From positions 1 to 31,286 of IMG/VR virus record IMGVR_UViG_3300020045_009535: a stretch of DNA of 31,286 nucleotides; one strand, written 5' to 3'. This document shows positions 16,825-26,488 of this stretch, in pieces. This DNA is from a virus. Taxonomy: Duplodnaviria; Caudoviricetes. Each line of letters opens with the position of its first letter. The stretch's first letter is position 1. Both the position numbers and the translations under genes were made by a program. The notes under the pieces are model-generated. The model did not search any database, had not been told where the DNA came from, and saw only the letters and a list, made by a program, of their open reading frames with translations.

Positions 16825-16950
16825 ATGAGAATTGAAAAAGATGGAAAAGTAACTTTTGTCGCAATGACCTCAGACGAGGGCAAAAAAGAAATCGCAAACA
16901 GAAAAGCGAAAGCCGAAAAAGTGGAAAAAGCTAAATCGGATAAAAAATAA
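16825..16950 (+). CDS. Small Lys-rich protein (41 aa; not in the ORF track)
   Basis: MRIEKDGKVTFVAMTSDEGKKEIANRKAKAEKVEKAKSDKK; fills a gap in the head operon. Confidence 0.6.
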   Translation: MRIEKDGKVTFVAMTSDEGKKEIANRKAKAEKVEKAKSDKK

Positions 16951-16983
16951 ACAAAATAAAACACAGTTAAAACAAGTAAGGCA

Positions 16984-17340
16984 ATGACATACGCAGATTT
17001 CACAACATACCCGATTAACATTCTAGGAATTAACGAAAGCTACAACAATGAGTTAACAGCCATTGAGGAGCTCGTTTTATCCGAAATTGCATATACTGGG
17101 GATGTTGACGATATTTTAACAGTTATTCCTTACTTTGTTTATTTCAAATTTTGCGAAAATAGAGCGAGTGAAGTAACTGCCAATAATGGCGAACAGATGA
17201 GCACTGCCGAATTTACTTTCCCATCCGTATTTTCGCAAGTACGGGCGTGGAATTTAGGGGCTGCAAAGTTATTAGCTATTTGCACTGAAAAAGGGAAAAC
17301 AGCAAATGTTAACTATCAAAGTCAACGCGAAATTATATGA
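16984..17340 (+). CDS. Putative head-tail adaptor
   Basis: Size and position after the capsid gene; helical; call from synteny only. Confidence 0.5.
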   Translation: MTYADFTTYPINILGINESYNNELTAIEELVLSEIAYTGDVDDILTVIPYFVYFKFCENRASEVTANNGEQMSTAEFTFPSVFSQVRAWNLGAAKLLAICTEKGKTANVNYQSQREII

Positions 17341-17783
17341 TTGAAAAAGTATTAACAGATATCGGGTTAAAGTGTGGAACGGTTAAAAATCTAAACACTG
17401 TAATCAACGAAGCGTTGCGAAACAATGACTCTCAAAGTTGGTATTTTTTAACTCCCTTGAAAGTTAAAGACAATGGCTCGGGATTGAAGGAGGTTACTTT
17501 TAATTTAGCTTTTCCGATACTTGTAACGCCTGACGACATTTCAGAGCAAGCAGCGCTTTCGCGAATTTCTTTGTACGAATCAGGGCATGAGGAAGAGTTA
17601 ATAAAATTTTTAAGTAAATATTTTTTGATTCCAACTTTCACTTTCGCGGTTGTTCCGTTTTGGTCGAAAGATAGTAACGAGCGCGCCGAGCGCAAAGACT
17701 TTGCAAGTTCAAAAATTCATTTGATTAGCGGAAACATAACTCTTAGGTATCGCGAAAATTGGTTTAACTGTGAATGTAATTAA
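17337..17783 (+). CDS. Putative tail terminator or neck protein
   Basis: Immediately upstream of the major tail gene; call from synteny only. Confidence 0.45.
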   Translation: MIEKVLTDIGLKCGTVKNLNTVINEALRNNDSQSWYFLTPLKVKDNGSGLKEVTFNLAFPILVTPDDISEQAALSRISLYESGHEEELIKFLSKYFLIPTFTFAVVPFWSKDSNERAERKDFASSKIHLISGNITLRYRENWFNCECN

Positions 17784-17809
17784 CAATTTAAAAACACAAA
17801 TAAAATAAA

Positions 17810-18679
17810 ATGGGAAATTGTGGAAATTTTTTTGAGTTGGCACAAGCGAGTTGCGGTGCTGACGTTGGTTTTGGTAAAATGATTCTGTTATATAACGGTC
17901 GCCAAGATGTTTCATTAACAGAAATGACCGCTACGGCTATTAATTTAGCTATTGAAAGCGGTGATATTATCGGAGTTATTCAAGGATGGCATACAATCGC
18001 AGGTGCTCCAGTTGGTGAAATTTCAGTCGAGCGCACTGGCACTGCTGAAATGAAATTGATTCGTGCCGAAGTTTTGGCAGACACTTTGACTTTTGAAAGC
18101 AACATTCAAAATCGCGCGGTAATCGCTAGTTTGGTCGCAGCAGGAACACTTCAAGGTCTGTTAATTGACGATCAAGGTAATGTTGGCGGAAAAAAATCAA
18201 CAGCGGCCGATCTGATCAGCACCATGCCGTTGAATTTTAGCAGCAAAGTATCAAGTGCATTTCAGTCAGATAATGCAACTGAAAAAACAGTAGCCGTCAC
18301 AGTTCGCTATTTGGTAGCTGATGAAGATGTTGCAATGTTATTCGCGGGTGTTGAAACTGAGGACGTTGTTGTTAAAACGCAAGTCGATGGATTTTTTCAT
18401 ACAGTTTCGACGCTAACAGCTATTTTAGCGGAATTTACAATCCGATTGATTGATAAAAAAACTCAAAAGTATTACGCGGGCGAGCTAATCGAGGCGGAAG
18501 TTACCGCCAGAAATTCAGCAGGAGCGGTTACGGTTGGTGGTGTTACGCTAGCCGACGGAGTTGTAACTCTCGAACTGTCAGGGACTGGATTTAGCACTGT
18601 CTCGGAGGATTTTTATGTAACAATTTCGGGTGCCGAATGCTACATGAAAGAAACCAAATTTACGGTTGTAGCTCCTTAA
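17810..18679 (+). CDS. Major tail tube protein with probable C-terminal beta-sandwich appendage
   Basis: 289 aa, Ala/Thr/Gly/Val-rich, followed by a small ORF and a terminator, upstream of the tape measure gene. Confidence 0.7.
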   Translation: MGNCGNFFELAQASCGADVGFGKMILLYNGRQDVSLTEMTATAINLAIESGDIIGVIQGWHTIAGAPVGEISVERTGTAEMKLIRAEVLADTLTFESNIQNRAVIASLVAAGTLQGLLIDDQGNVGGKKSTAADLISTMPLNFSSKVSSAFQSDNATEKTVAVTVRYLVADEDVAMLFAGVETEDVVVKTQVDGFFHTVSTLTAILAEFTIRLIDKKTQKYYAGELIEAEVTARNSAGAVTVGGVTLADGVVTLELSGTGFSTVSEDFYVTISGAECYMKETKFTVVAP

Positions 18680-18690
18680 TAATTTCGAAC

Positions 18691-18900
18691 ATGAAACTAA
18701 GAGGGTTAAAAATTGATGGAGTTACCTATTTGGTTGGTCCGTCAGAAATTGAAAAACACGGCACGCTCGAAAAGGCTTGCAACTCTGCAAAGTTGGCACG
18801 TGATGAAAAAATAAACCCGAAGCCTGTAAAAGTCGCAAAGGTTAAAAAAGAAGTCGAACAAACCGCACCGGAGTCGGTTGTAGAGAACTCGGAACAATAA
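18691..18900 (+). CDS. Small hypothetical protein (69 aa)
   Basis: The ATG at 18691 (MKLRGLKIDG...) avoids overlap with the tail gene. Confidence 0.65.
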   Translation: MKLRGLKIDGVTYLVGPSEIEKHGTLEKACNSAKLARDEKINPKPVKVAKVKKEVEQTAPESVVENSEQ

Positions 18901-18904
18901 ATTT

Positions 18905-18936
18905 AAAGGTGCAATTATTTTGCACCTTTTTTTTTT
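18905..18936 (+). terminator. Rho-independent terminator
   Basis: AAAGGTGCAA-ttat-TTGCACCTTT followed by a T-run. Confidence 0.85.
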
Positions 18937-18937
18937 G

Positions 18938-18945
18938 TATATTTG
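18938..18945 (+). promoter_or_regulatory. Promoter -7 box TATATTTG
   Basis: Directly after the terminator, 4 nt before the ATG at 18950. Confidence 0.65.
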
Positions 18946-18949
18946 TGGC

Positions 18950-19411
18950 ATGAAACTACAAGATTACACCATTCACGAATATGCCGAGATGTTGAAAAAC
19001 AAAACGGACGTTAAAATAGTTGGAGAAATTGACAAAGAACTGAATGCGCAATTAAATGGTGTCGGCACCGGTCAAAACATCGGGCTGTTTTTACTTCAAA
19101 AAGATTTGCTTTTGCTGCAATGCAAAAGAATGATTGCCGTTTATGAATTTGACAAAGCAAAAGAACTATCGTTAACCAAACGAATTGACAAACTTCGCGA
19201 AGAAATCGAAAGCAAGCAAAAAAAAGTTGAAGTAATTGATCCGTATGCTGGTTTTTTGGATTGGATTTTGTCGGTTGAAAAATACTTATCCGTTCCGATT
19301 GATCGCGAAAATGATTTACTTTACTTAGCGAGAGCAACAAAGCAAATGTTAAGTTTCTACGAAAGTCAGAAAAAGCAACTAGAAGAACAAAAAGTTAAAA
19401 CAAAACGATAA
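18950..19411 (+). CDS. Putative tail assembly chaperone
   Basis: Helical protein between the major tail and tape measure genes. The 18950 start is chosen because 18920 lies in the terminator. Confidence 0.55.
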   Translation: MKLQDYTIHEYAEMLKNKTDVKIVGEIDKELNAQLNGVGTGQNIGLFLLQKDLLLLQCKRMIAVYEFDKAKELSLTKRIDKLREEIESKQKKVEVIDPYAGFLDWILSVEKYLSVPIDRENDLLYLARATKQMLSFYESQKKQLEEQKVKTKR

Positions 19412-19833
19412 TGAACACCTTCCAATTTTTAAGAGCATTTGAAACGCTGACACCCGAAAAAATAAAGGAGTTGGCTGTTCAATCCGTTCATGTGAATGAA
19501 AAACAAGTTGTGTTAGATTCGATATTAGCTAATCACCCAAACTATTTAACAAATAGAGAGACACCATCGGCCGGCAAAACATTTTTAGGCACTGATATTG
19601 TTGGGGTTAAAAACTTTAGCGACTGGGACGATTCATATAAATTTCATGACAATTTAAAATTTCATGAAGAAAACAACATTGAATTTACATCAAGCGGGAA
19701 AGGCTTTGACGCGATTAAAGCGAATTTTAACGAAGATGAATATATAGCTCCACATGCTAATACTTTGACCGCATCCACGATTTCAGCGATAAAAAATGAT
19801 TTTATTAACAGTATAAAAGAAGAAATAAAATGA
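19411..19833 (+). CDS. Hypothetical virion morphogenesis protein (possible neck/tail completion)
   Basis: 140 aa, coupled by a TAATG overlap, upstream of the tape measure gene. Confidence 0.55.
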   Translation: MNTFQFLRAFETLTPEKIKELAVQSVHVNEKQVVLDSILANHPNYLTNRETPSAGKTFLGTDIVGVKNFSDWDDSYKFHDNLKFHEENNIEFTSSGKGFDAIKANFNEDEYIAPHANTLTASTISAIKNDFINSIKEEIK

Positions 19834-19991
19834 GTGACTTAATTTCGAATGAAAAATGTGAGCATACAGATGTGTTGAATTACATTCATAGTAAAATAAA
19901 ATCAGAAAGAGACTACTGGCTTTTTACAGAATTATTTTGTATGCTTCACGGAGATAGTGATGTTTGTAATTGTAAAATAAAACAAAAATAA
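19830..19991 (+). CDS. Small Cys/His-containing protein (53 aa; not in the ORF track)
   Basis: MSDLISNEKCEHTDVLNYIHSKIKSERDYWLFTELFCMLHGDSDVCNCKIKQK fills the gap up to the tape measure gene. Confidence 0.55.
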   Translation: MSDLISNEKCEHTDVLNYIHSKIKSERDYWLFTELFCMLHGDSDVCNCKIKQK

Positions 19992-19998
19992 AAAAAAT

Positions 19999-22995
19999 AT
20001 GAGTGAATTAATTGATAGAATTTTCGACGTTGAGAGAATAACAAAAGATAAGGAGGCTATAGAGGCGCTCTTAAATTCTCTTACGGTAAATATTAAGAAC
20101 TATAAGGACACGGTTGATAGTATAGCGGGCTCGGTTCGAAAATCAAAATCGACTGATGATTTAGCTAAAAAAGCAGACGAGTTAAATAAAGTGTATTCTG
20201 ACGGAAAGAAAACAGTTGACTTATACGTCGAAACTCAAAAACAGCTAGAAAATCAAGAAAAATTATTGCTTCAGACAAAAGCGAAACTGGCCACAGCAAA
20301 TACTGACAATGCCAAAGATATAGATGTTAATAAAAAAGCATTAAAAGAACAAAACGACTTGCTCAAGGCGGAAAATATTTTAAACGATAAAAACGCGGGC
20401 ACGCTTGAAAAAGCAGCAGCCGCGAATTTAAAGCTATCTATTGAAAAAAAGAAGTTAAATTTAGCAACCGAAGAGGGCAAAAAAAGACTTCAAGAAATTA
20501 ACGACGAACAGGATAAAAATAACAAATTAATCGCGTCGTCAGGAAATGAACTTGAAAAGCAAAAAATAAACATTGGTAATTATAAAAGTGCTTTTTCTGG
20601 GTTATTTTCATCATTCAAATCGGGAGAGATTGGTGTAGGTGGGTTGACTAATGGCGTTATGGCTTTGGGAAAACAAATGATGATTGCCATAGTCACAAAC
20701 CCAATCTTATTAACCATTGGCGCAATTGTCGGGGCTTTCATGTTGCTAAAAAATGCACTTGTAAGGAGCGAAGAGGGTCAAGATAGACTAAATAAAGTTA
20801 CAGCTATTTTTAGCGCGATGCTTGACGCCGTAATGGACATTATTCACGATGTTAGCATTTTTTTATTTGATGCTTTTTCAAAACCGCAAGAATCAATCAA
20901 GGCTCTCGGGGCGTTAATAAAAGATAATATTATCAATAGGTTTGAGGCGATAGGCAAGATATTACCGTTAATCGGGGAATTATTCGAGGACTTAAAAAAT
21001 CGCGACTTCACTAAGTTGAAAAAAGATGCAATCGAATTAGGTCGTGCATACGGAACTATATTAACAGGGTTAGATAAAGAGCAGCAAGACGCTGTTTTTA
21101 ATGGTCTTGTTAAAATAGGTGATAAAATTATTGAAAATGCTGGCAAGGGGGAATATGCAGCTAAATTGCAAGCTCAATACAACAAGCTCGAAAGAAAATA
21201 CATTGTTGAAAATGCGAAATTGGCTTCTGATTCTGCAAAAAAACGAGCAGACGCCGAATTGCTAAAAAAAACGAATGCAAAAGCAGCACTTTTGCTTTTG
21301 GATCAGGCTGCCGATGCTGACGAAAAGATAGCAGCTAATGAGTTAAAATTGGCTAAGTTAAGAAAAGAGCTTGCAATTAAAAATTCAGACATTGCGATTG
21401 ATAACATCGCGGACAAAAAAGCAATTGCGCAAGCCGAGGCGGAAGTTTTCGAAAAGCAAACCGCTTATGACGAAAAACGACGGGAGCGACTTCGGAATGC
21501 AAATAAAATCGGTAAAGAAGCGCTGGCTCAACAGCTAGAAAACAATAGGTACATAATTGAAGCAATGAGAGGCGAGGCGGAAGCTTCTATCAAAAAGAAT
21601 GAAATAATTGCAAGTGATGAAAAGAAAACATTAACAGAAAGGTTGGAAGCTGCAAAAGCAAATAATTTAACAAGACTTTCGTTAATAAATGAAGAATATT
21701 CAATTGATAAAAAAACTCTTGACGATAATTTAGCGTTAAAATTTATATCAGAAGAGGACTATGCGAAAGCAGTTGAAGAGTTAAAGAAAAAACATGACTC
21801 TTCGTTACTATTGGAGGAAACGACAATTCAACAGGAAATTATCGCGATAAAAGATAATGCGTTAAAAGTTCAAATTGAACTTTTCCAAAAAGAGTTAAAA
21901 AATGAAGCTGAATTGCTTCAGCAGAATTATAAAACAAAAGAAAATGAGTTAAAAAAACAATATTCTGATGGCGAAATTAATAAAAAAGAGTATGAAGAGA
22001 AATTAGCAAAGTTACAGCTTGATTCACAGACGGAAGTAAATAGTAAATCTATAGAACTACTAAAAAAACAACTATCTGTTAATGAATTATCAGTAGACAA
22101 GCGCGCTGAATTGAGCAAGCAGCTTGCCGATTTGGAAATCCAAAACGAAACGTTAAAACTTGATGCCGTAATCGACGCTAACGAAAAGAAAACGGAATCT
22201 GATAAAAAAAGGTCGGATAAGGCTATTCAAATTGCTACGGATTTAACTAATGCGACTTTTGATTTATTTTCTTCAATAGCAGAATTTCAAACGCAAAAAT
22301 CTGAACAGCGGATGAGTGAACTTGAAAAAGAGTTAGAAGCAAGCAATACGACTTTTGACGAACAACAGACCCGATTAGATGGCGCAATAATGTCAGATGA
22401 AAGTCGAGCAGATAAAAAAATCGAGATTGAAAACCAACGAGCAGCAGCCGAAAAAGTGATACAAGCTAAAATAATGGCTGAAAAAGTTAAACAGGCTAAA
22501 TGGGAGAAAGCGCAATCAATAATTCAGGCGGTTATTTCTACGGCACAAGCGGTAATCGGAGCCATGGCAATGGTTCCATTCACTCCTGCTAACATAGCAT
22601 TTGCAGCACTTGCAGCAACCACGGGCGCCGTGAACATCGCAACCATTGCAGCTCAACCACTACCCGCGTATGAGCATGGTGGTGTAACAGGTCAAGGGCT
22701 TGTGTTGTGGGGTGAACGCAGGGCAGAGGTTGCAGTATCTCCATCGGGTGACACATTCATAGCCGATAGTCCGACAGTGTCGAATTTCGAAGCTGGTACG
22801 CGTATTTACAAGAGCGTAGCAGAATATGAAAATTTTATGTCAAGACAATCAGGTGAAAAATTTAGCTTTGATTATGATAAATTCGATAAAATGATGCCAA
22901 GACTAGATGTTAAAATAGACGCAAGAGGATTATTGGCAGTAAAAGATAAACAGGGTAATCGCAGGAAGGCAATTAATAGAACTTGCACACGTTAA
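19999..22995 (+). CDS. Tail tape measure protein
   Basis: 998-aa coiled coil, TNPILLTIGAIVGAF hydrophobic segment, C-terminal IATIAAQPLPAYEHGG..WGERRAE. Confidence 0.9.
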   Translation: MSELIDRIFDVERITKDKEAIEALLNSLTVNIKNYKDTVDSIAGSVRKSKSTDDLAKKADELNKVYSDGKKTVDLYVETQKQLENQEKLLLQTKAKLATANTDNAKDIDVNKKALKEQNDLLKAENILNDKNAGTLEKAAAANLKLSIEKKKLNLATEEGKKRLQEINDEQDKNNKLIASSGNELEKQKINIGNYKSAFSGLFSSFKSGEIGVGGLTNGVMALGKQMMIAIVTNPILLTIGAIVGAFMLLKNALVRSEEGQDRLNKVTAIFSAMLDAVMDIIHDVSIFLFDAFSKPQESIKALGALIKDNIINRFEAIGKILPLIGELFEDLKNRDFTKLKKDAIELGRAYGTILTGLDKEQQDAVFNGLVKIGDKIIENAGKGEYAAKLQAQYNKLERKYIVENAKLASDSAKKRADAELLKKTNAKAALLLLDQAADADEKIAANELKLAKLRKELAIKNSDIAIDNIADKKAIAQAEAEVFEKQTAYDEKRRERLRNANKIGKEALAQQLENNRYIIEAMRGEAEASIKKNEIIASDEKKTLTERLEAAKANNLTRLSLINEEYSIDKKTLDDNLALKFISEEDYAKAVEELKKKHDSSLLLEETTIQQEIIAIKDNALKVQIELFQKELKNEAELLQQNYKTKENELKKQYSDGEINKKEYEEKLAKLQLDSQTEVNSKSIELLKKQLSVNELSVDKRAELSKQLADLEIQNETLKLDAVIDANEKKTESDKKRSDKAIQIATDLTNATFDLFSSIAEFQTQKSEQRMSELEKELEASNTTFDEQQTRLDGAIMSDESRADKKIEIENQRAAAEKVIQAKIMAEKVKQAKWEKAQSIIQAVISTAQAVIGAMAMVPFTPANIAFAALAATTGAVNIATIAAQPLPAYEHGGVTGQGLVLWGERRAEVAVSPSGDTFIADSPTVSNFEAGTRIYKSVAEYENFMSRQSGEKFSFDYDKFDKMMPRLDVKIDARGLLAVKDKQGNRRKAINRTCTR

Positions 22996-23006
22996 ATTTA
23001 AACAAA

Positions 23007-23180
23007 ATGAAAAATAAAAAACCTTTAAAGTGGTATTTTTTTAAAAATGCTTGTGATATTTCATGGTATTTAAAAGCATATTTTCACATATTTTTTTTAT
23101 ATAATTATTTTTTAAATAAATGCAGGCAGACTGGATTTGATTTATACGGAGAGTCTTTATATACAAACGTAATTAACTAA
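23007..23180 (+). CDS. Small AT-rich aromatic protein (57 aa)
   Basis: The ATG at 23007 follows an A-rich leader; the ORF fills the gap between the tape measure and the next tail gene. Confidence 0.5.
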   Translation: MKNKKPLKWYFFKNACDISWYLKAYFHIFFLYNYFLNKCRQTGFDLYGESLYTNVIN

Positions 23181-23184
23181 CAAA

Positions 23185-25059
23185 ATGGAGCTATACAAAA
23201 TAATCGCGACGATAAACAACACCGCTCCGGCAACTACTTTTCAACTGGCGTGGATTCCTGAAAATTTCGATGGTATTAAAATCAGTCAATCATTTAGCTT
23301 TGTGCCCCCGATTGGATTTAACCCGAAATTTTCGGTTGATACAATGCGTATTTTAAATGAAGACAAATGGGCAATTGATGATGCATTTGATGAGTTTGGA
23401 CTTGAAACGTATTTGACTTTTTTGATTACAAAGTTAAATATTGACGGGTTTACTTATGATAATCTTGCAACTTTCGCGATTGATTTTACAACCTATGAAA
23501 AATTCGATTTTTATTCAGAGTTTGCGTTAAAATCGGTGTCAGTTATTGACAGTTATAGCGATAAAAAAAATACAGAATTTCAATTACTCCTAAGCGGGGA
23601 TTCAGTTAACATGCCAAACACATTGAAATATATTAACTATGTTTCTTTGAAGTCAAAAAGTAATTACGAAGCAGATAGAACGTATTTCAAATTCGAGCCG
23701 AACAACACGTCTAAAATTTACAATACAGACGCGTCACTATTTCACCCGACAAGTGCAGATTTCGAGGACGTTGTTTATTATCTCGGTGCTGGAACTGTAA
23801 CGGATAGATTATTTTTGAACATTTCATCGCGAATTAATTTGAAATTTACTGGAAGCAACAAAACGGGTGTTTCAATAAACTTGTATAAACTTTCGGGCAC
23901 AACGTTAACACTTATATATACTTTTGTCACCGGAAATATAGTGACGGCTGGTACTTCTTTTTCGGTTGACTTTAACACTGCTGAAATTGATTGTGGAATT
24001 TGTGCCGCTGATGATTTTTTTATCATTGCTACAAATATGATTACGAGCGCAACAATTACGGGTGACGTTTTTATTGATGTTAAGAGAAAAACAGAAGTCA
24101 AATTACTTAATAGTGAAGTTAACCCGTTCGGATTGCGTCGCGTAAACGAAATACTTAACCAAATTTTTGATTCCAATGTTGATTTTGATACTGCATTTAT
24201 GAATGAGATAGCAATAACAAGCGGTAACGAGCTAGCAAGAGCCAAAAGTTTTGCGACAATTAAGCCTACTGATTTTATGAGTGAGCTTTGTAAGGCTGCT
24301 GGTCTAATTTTCAACTTCAAAAATGATGGACGGGCTGAAATTTTGCCTATTTCAGAATATTTTAACACACTGTTAGATTCTGCAAACGCAATTGAAGTAA
24401 CTGACTTCAAAGACTTGTCAATAAAATACAGTTCTGATTTAACGGCTAGTAGCGTTTTAGTTGGGCAAGAAATAAAACAGTGTGAAGTTTATCCATATTC
24501 ATTAAATTGGCAGAAAAAATTAGTATTTTCGCAGAGCGGTAGGAGTGGAGATGATTTCGATTTGAGCATGAGCAAATACAGGCTTGATTTCGCTGGAATG
24601 GTTGATAGCTATTTGAAGCGGTCTGAACAGAGCGACGCAAATAATTCAGATATTTTTCTGTTTAAACCAGATTTTTCGCGTGGTGCAAATAATGAGGATG
24701 AATTAATTTATGATGGATTTACTCCTCGCGATATTTTGGTTAATAATAGCAAAATGTTGTCATTTGTATTTCAGAATTACGGAAAAAATTTATTGGAAAA
24801 TACTTCAAACGGTGGAACAACTGACGATTTATTAATGTCAACAATCGGGCAGTTAGACGATTTTGAACTTGACGAAACACCGAGACTATTGCCAATCGAA
24901 TACAATTTTACTTGTCTGATCAATGACGTGGATTTTTCGGAAAACATTCTTAAAATAAATCACGAAGGTGCAGATGTTTATTTATTCGTTATCAATGCCG
25001 AAACAACGGACAATTTAAGCGAGCAAGAAATTAGAGCCTTAAAAATACAATTAACTTAA
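23185..25059 (+). CDS. Tail tip or hub structural protein
   Basis: 624-aa beta-rich ORF after the tape measure gene; call from synteny. Confidence 0.65.
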   Translation: MELYKIIATINNTAPATTFQLAWIPENFDGIKISQSFSFVPPIGFNPKFSVDTMRILNEDKWAIDDAFDEFGLETYLTFLITKLNIDGFTYDNLATFAIDFTTYEKFDFYSEFALKSVSVIDSYSDKKNTEFQLLLSGDSVNMPNTLKYINYVSLKSKSNYEADRTYFKFEPNNTSKIYNTDASLFHPTSADFEDVVYYLGAGTVTDRLFLNISSRINLKFTGSNKTGVSINLYKLSGTTLTLIYTFVTGNIVTAGTSFSVDFNTAEIDCGICAADDFFIIATNMITSATITGDVFIDVKRKTEVKLLNSEVNPFGLRRVNEILNQIFDSNVDFDTAFMNEIAITSGNELARAKSFATIKPTDFMSELCKAAGLIFNFKNDGRAEILPISEYFNTLLDSANAIEVTDFKDLSIKYSSDLTASSVLVGQEIKQCEVYPYSLNWQKKLVFSQSGRSGDDFDLSMSKYRLDFAGMVDSYLKRSEQSDANNSDIFLFKPDFSRGANNEDELIYDGFTPRDILVNNSKMLSFVFQNYGKNLLENTSNGGTTDDLLMSTIGQLDDFELDETPRLLPIEYNFTCLINDVDFSENILKINHEGADVYLFVINAETTDNLSEQEIRALKIQLT

Positions 25060-25072
25060 CAAATTTAATAGC

Positions 25073-25882
25073 ATGATAGAATCAGTATTTTACAATGGAA
25101 TAGATTTTTCGGGTAATTTTGCGCGAAAAAATGAGCTTATTAATTTTGACGCTCAAAGGGTTAAAAATAAACTAAATCGGGGTATTGATATTCAATTTTT
25201 ATCATTTTTGTATTCAGGCGAAGAGCCTGAGCTAATTCAATTGGCGGCTTTCGGAGACTTAAGCCCTGTATATTACTATCCGTCAATTGTGCCTATTGAA
25301 GTCGAGGCTGGTAAATGGCTAATTCAATTAACCATTGATGAAGATACTCTCGGAAATGATGGAACGGATGTTTATTTTAAATTAACCGTTGACAATGATG
25401 TCATTTTCTCCGAAATTTACGAGGTGCAAAGCCCGGCTTATTTCGCGACTAATAACATTAAATTATTGACTGCAACAAATAACGATAATCGACACGGATT
25501 TTTAACCAATCAGGCATTTGGATTTTTTGAAACGGTTGGATTTAACGAAGACTTTTTTATTAACGAAAAAACGGAGTATAAATATAGCTATTCGCGAAGC
25601 CTTACGTTAAGCTCTGAAAATAATACCGCAAAAAGAATAACATTCAAAAATTTGAATATGTATAATCAAATTTTGTTAAAATGCTTATGCAATTGCAATA
25701 ATCTCTATATTGATGATATTAAATATGAATTGATTAGCGATTTTTCAGAGTTGTTAAATGATGAAAATACGGAGATACTAGATTTAAGAGCCGATTTCAT
25801 CAAGTCAGAACAATCATTTTTCGCGACTGGCTCGCAAATAGCACCAATAAACGTGTTTGCTCGTAATTTTTTCATGAAATAA
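25073..25882 (+). CDS. Tail structural protein (distal-tail-like)
   Basis: 269 aa, beta-rich, C-terminal NLYIDDIKY; call from synteny. Confidence 0.55.
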   Translation: MIESVFYNGIDFSGNFARKNELINFDAQRVKNKLNRGIDIQFLSFLYSGEEPELIQLAAFGDLSPVYYYPSIVPIEVEAGKWLIQLTIDEDTLGNDGTDVYFKLTVDNDVIFSEIYEVQSPAYFATNNIKLLTATNNDNRHGFLTNQAFGFFETVGFNEDFFINEKTEYKYSYSRSLTLSSENNTAKRITFKNLNMYNQILLKCLCNCNNLYIDDIKYELISDFSELLNDENTEILDLRADFIKSEQSFFATGSQIAPINVFARNFFMK

Positions 25883-25886
25883 ATGT

Positions 25887-26055
25887 ATTGATAATCAAGT
25901 AGTTAGCTAATCAATTACAAAATAATCACTTTATTTTGTAATTAGTATTGTAAAAGTTAACTATTTATACGTAACTGCTTGATTATCAATATAGATATTT
26001 GAAAATAAAACCGCTGACATTTCGATATTTAGAAAAAGGCTGCACAATTGTCCAT
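25887..26055 (+). promoter_or_regulatory. Multipartite element A (169 bp)
   Basis: ATTGATAATCA-17-TTACAAAATAA-N5-TTATTTTGTAA-38-TGATTATCAATATAG...CGCTGA...ATATTTA...GCACAATTGT.CAT; aligns without gaps to the reverse complement of 30125-30293. Confidence 0.75.
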
Positions 26056-26108
26056 TTATCGAAATTTCGCGGTACTCTAAGTAATTTGCACAATTAAAAA
26101 ATAAATAT

Positions 26109-26116
26109 TACTTTTG
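26109..26116 (+). promoter_or_regulatory. Possible promoter -7 box TACTTTTG
   Basis: Matches TAnnTTTG, 25 nt before the ATG at 26142. Confidence 0.45.
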
Positions 26117-26141
26117 AAATAATTAGTTAAAATATAAAATC

Positions 26142-26471
26142 ATGGCACAAAATACAAAATTAGGTTCGGGAACTACTTTAGATTTAACTATTCCGCTGCC
26201 TGTTCCTATTTCTGAAATACACAATGTTGAATGTGAATTTTACACCGACCCAAACAAGCCGTTTAAATTTTCATATCTCGAAAAATCTGGCTACCTGAAA
26301 TTAAACGAAGGTACTAATCCATCGCAATTGGTTGGCAAGCTGCTTTCAACAGACACCGCGAAAATGAAAGGTTGTTTATTTATGCGCCTTTCGTTAATAA
26401 AAGATGCTGAAACTGTAACCGAAGATATCGGGCGTTCAATTCCGACTTCAACAACTATAACATTTATTTAA
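26142..26471 (+). CDS. Putative fibre adaptor (BppU-like small beta protein)
   Basis: 109-aa beta-rich ORF directly upstream of the tail fibre gene. Confidence 0.5.
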   Translation: MAQNTKLGSGTTLDLTIPLPVPISEIHNVECEFYTDPNKPFKFSYLEKSGYLKLNEGTNPSQLVGKLLSTDTAKMKGCLFMRLSLIKDAETVTEDIGRSIPTSTTITFI

Positions 26472-26488
26472 CTACTAAATTTAAAATT

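Noticed and set aside
18691-19833. Lambda G/GT-type tail chaperone frameshift
   Set aside because: A terminator separates 18691-18900 from the next ORF, and I saw no convincing slippery heptamer at the end of 18950-19411.
25915-25941. TTACAAAATAA-N5-TTATTTTGTAA as a dif/XerCD site
   Set aside because: dif has a 6-bp spacer and asymmetric arms with TTATGTTAAAT. Here the spacer is 5 bp, the arms are symmetric and the spacers differ between copies.
26038-26095. Sigma-54 promoter associated with the IHF-like boxes
   Set aside because: No GG-N10-GC match is shared by elements A and B.
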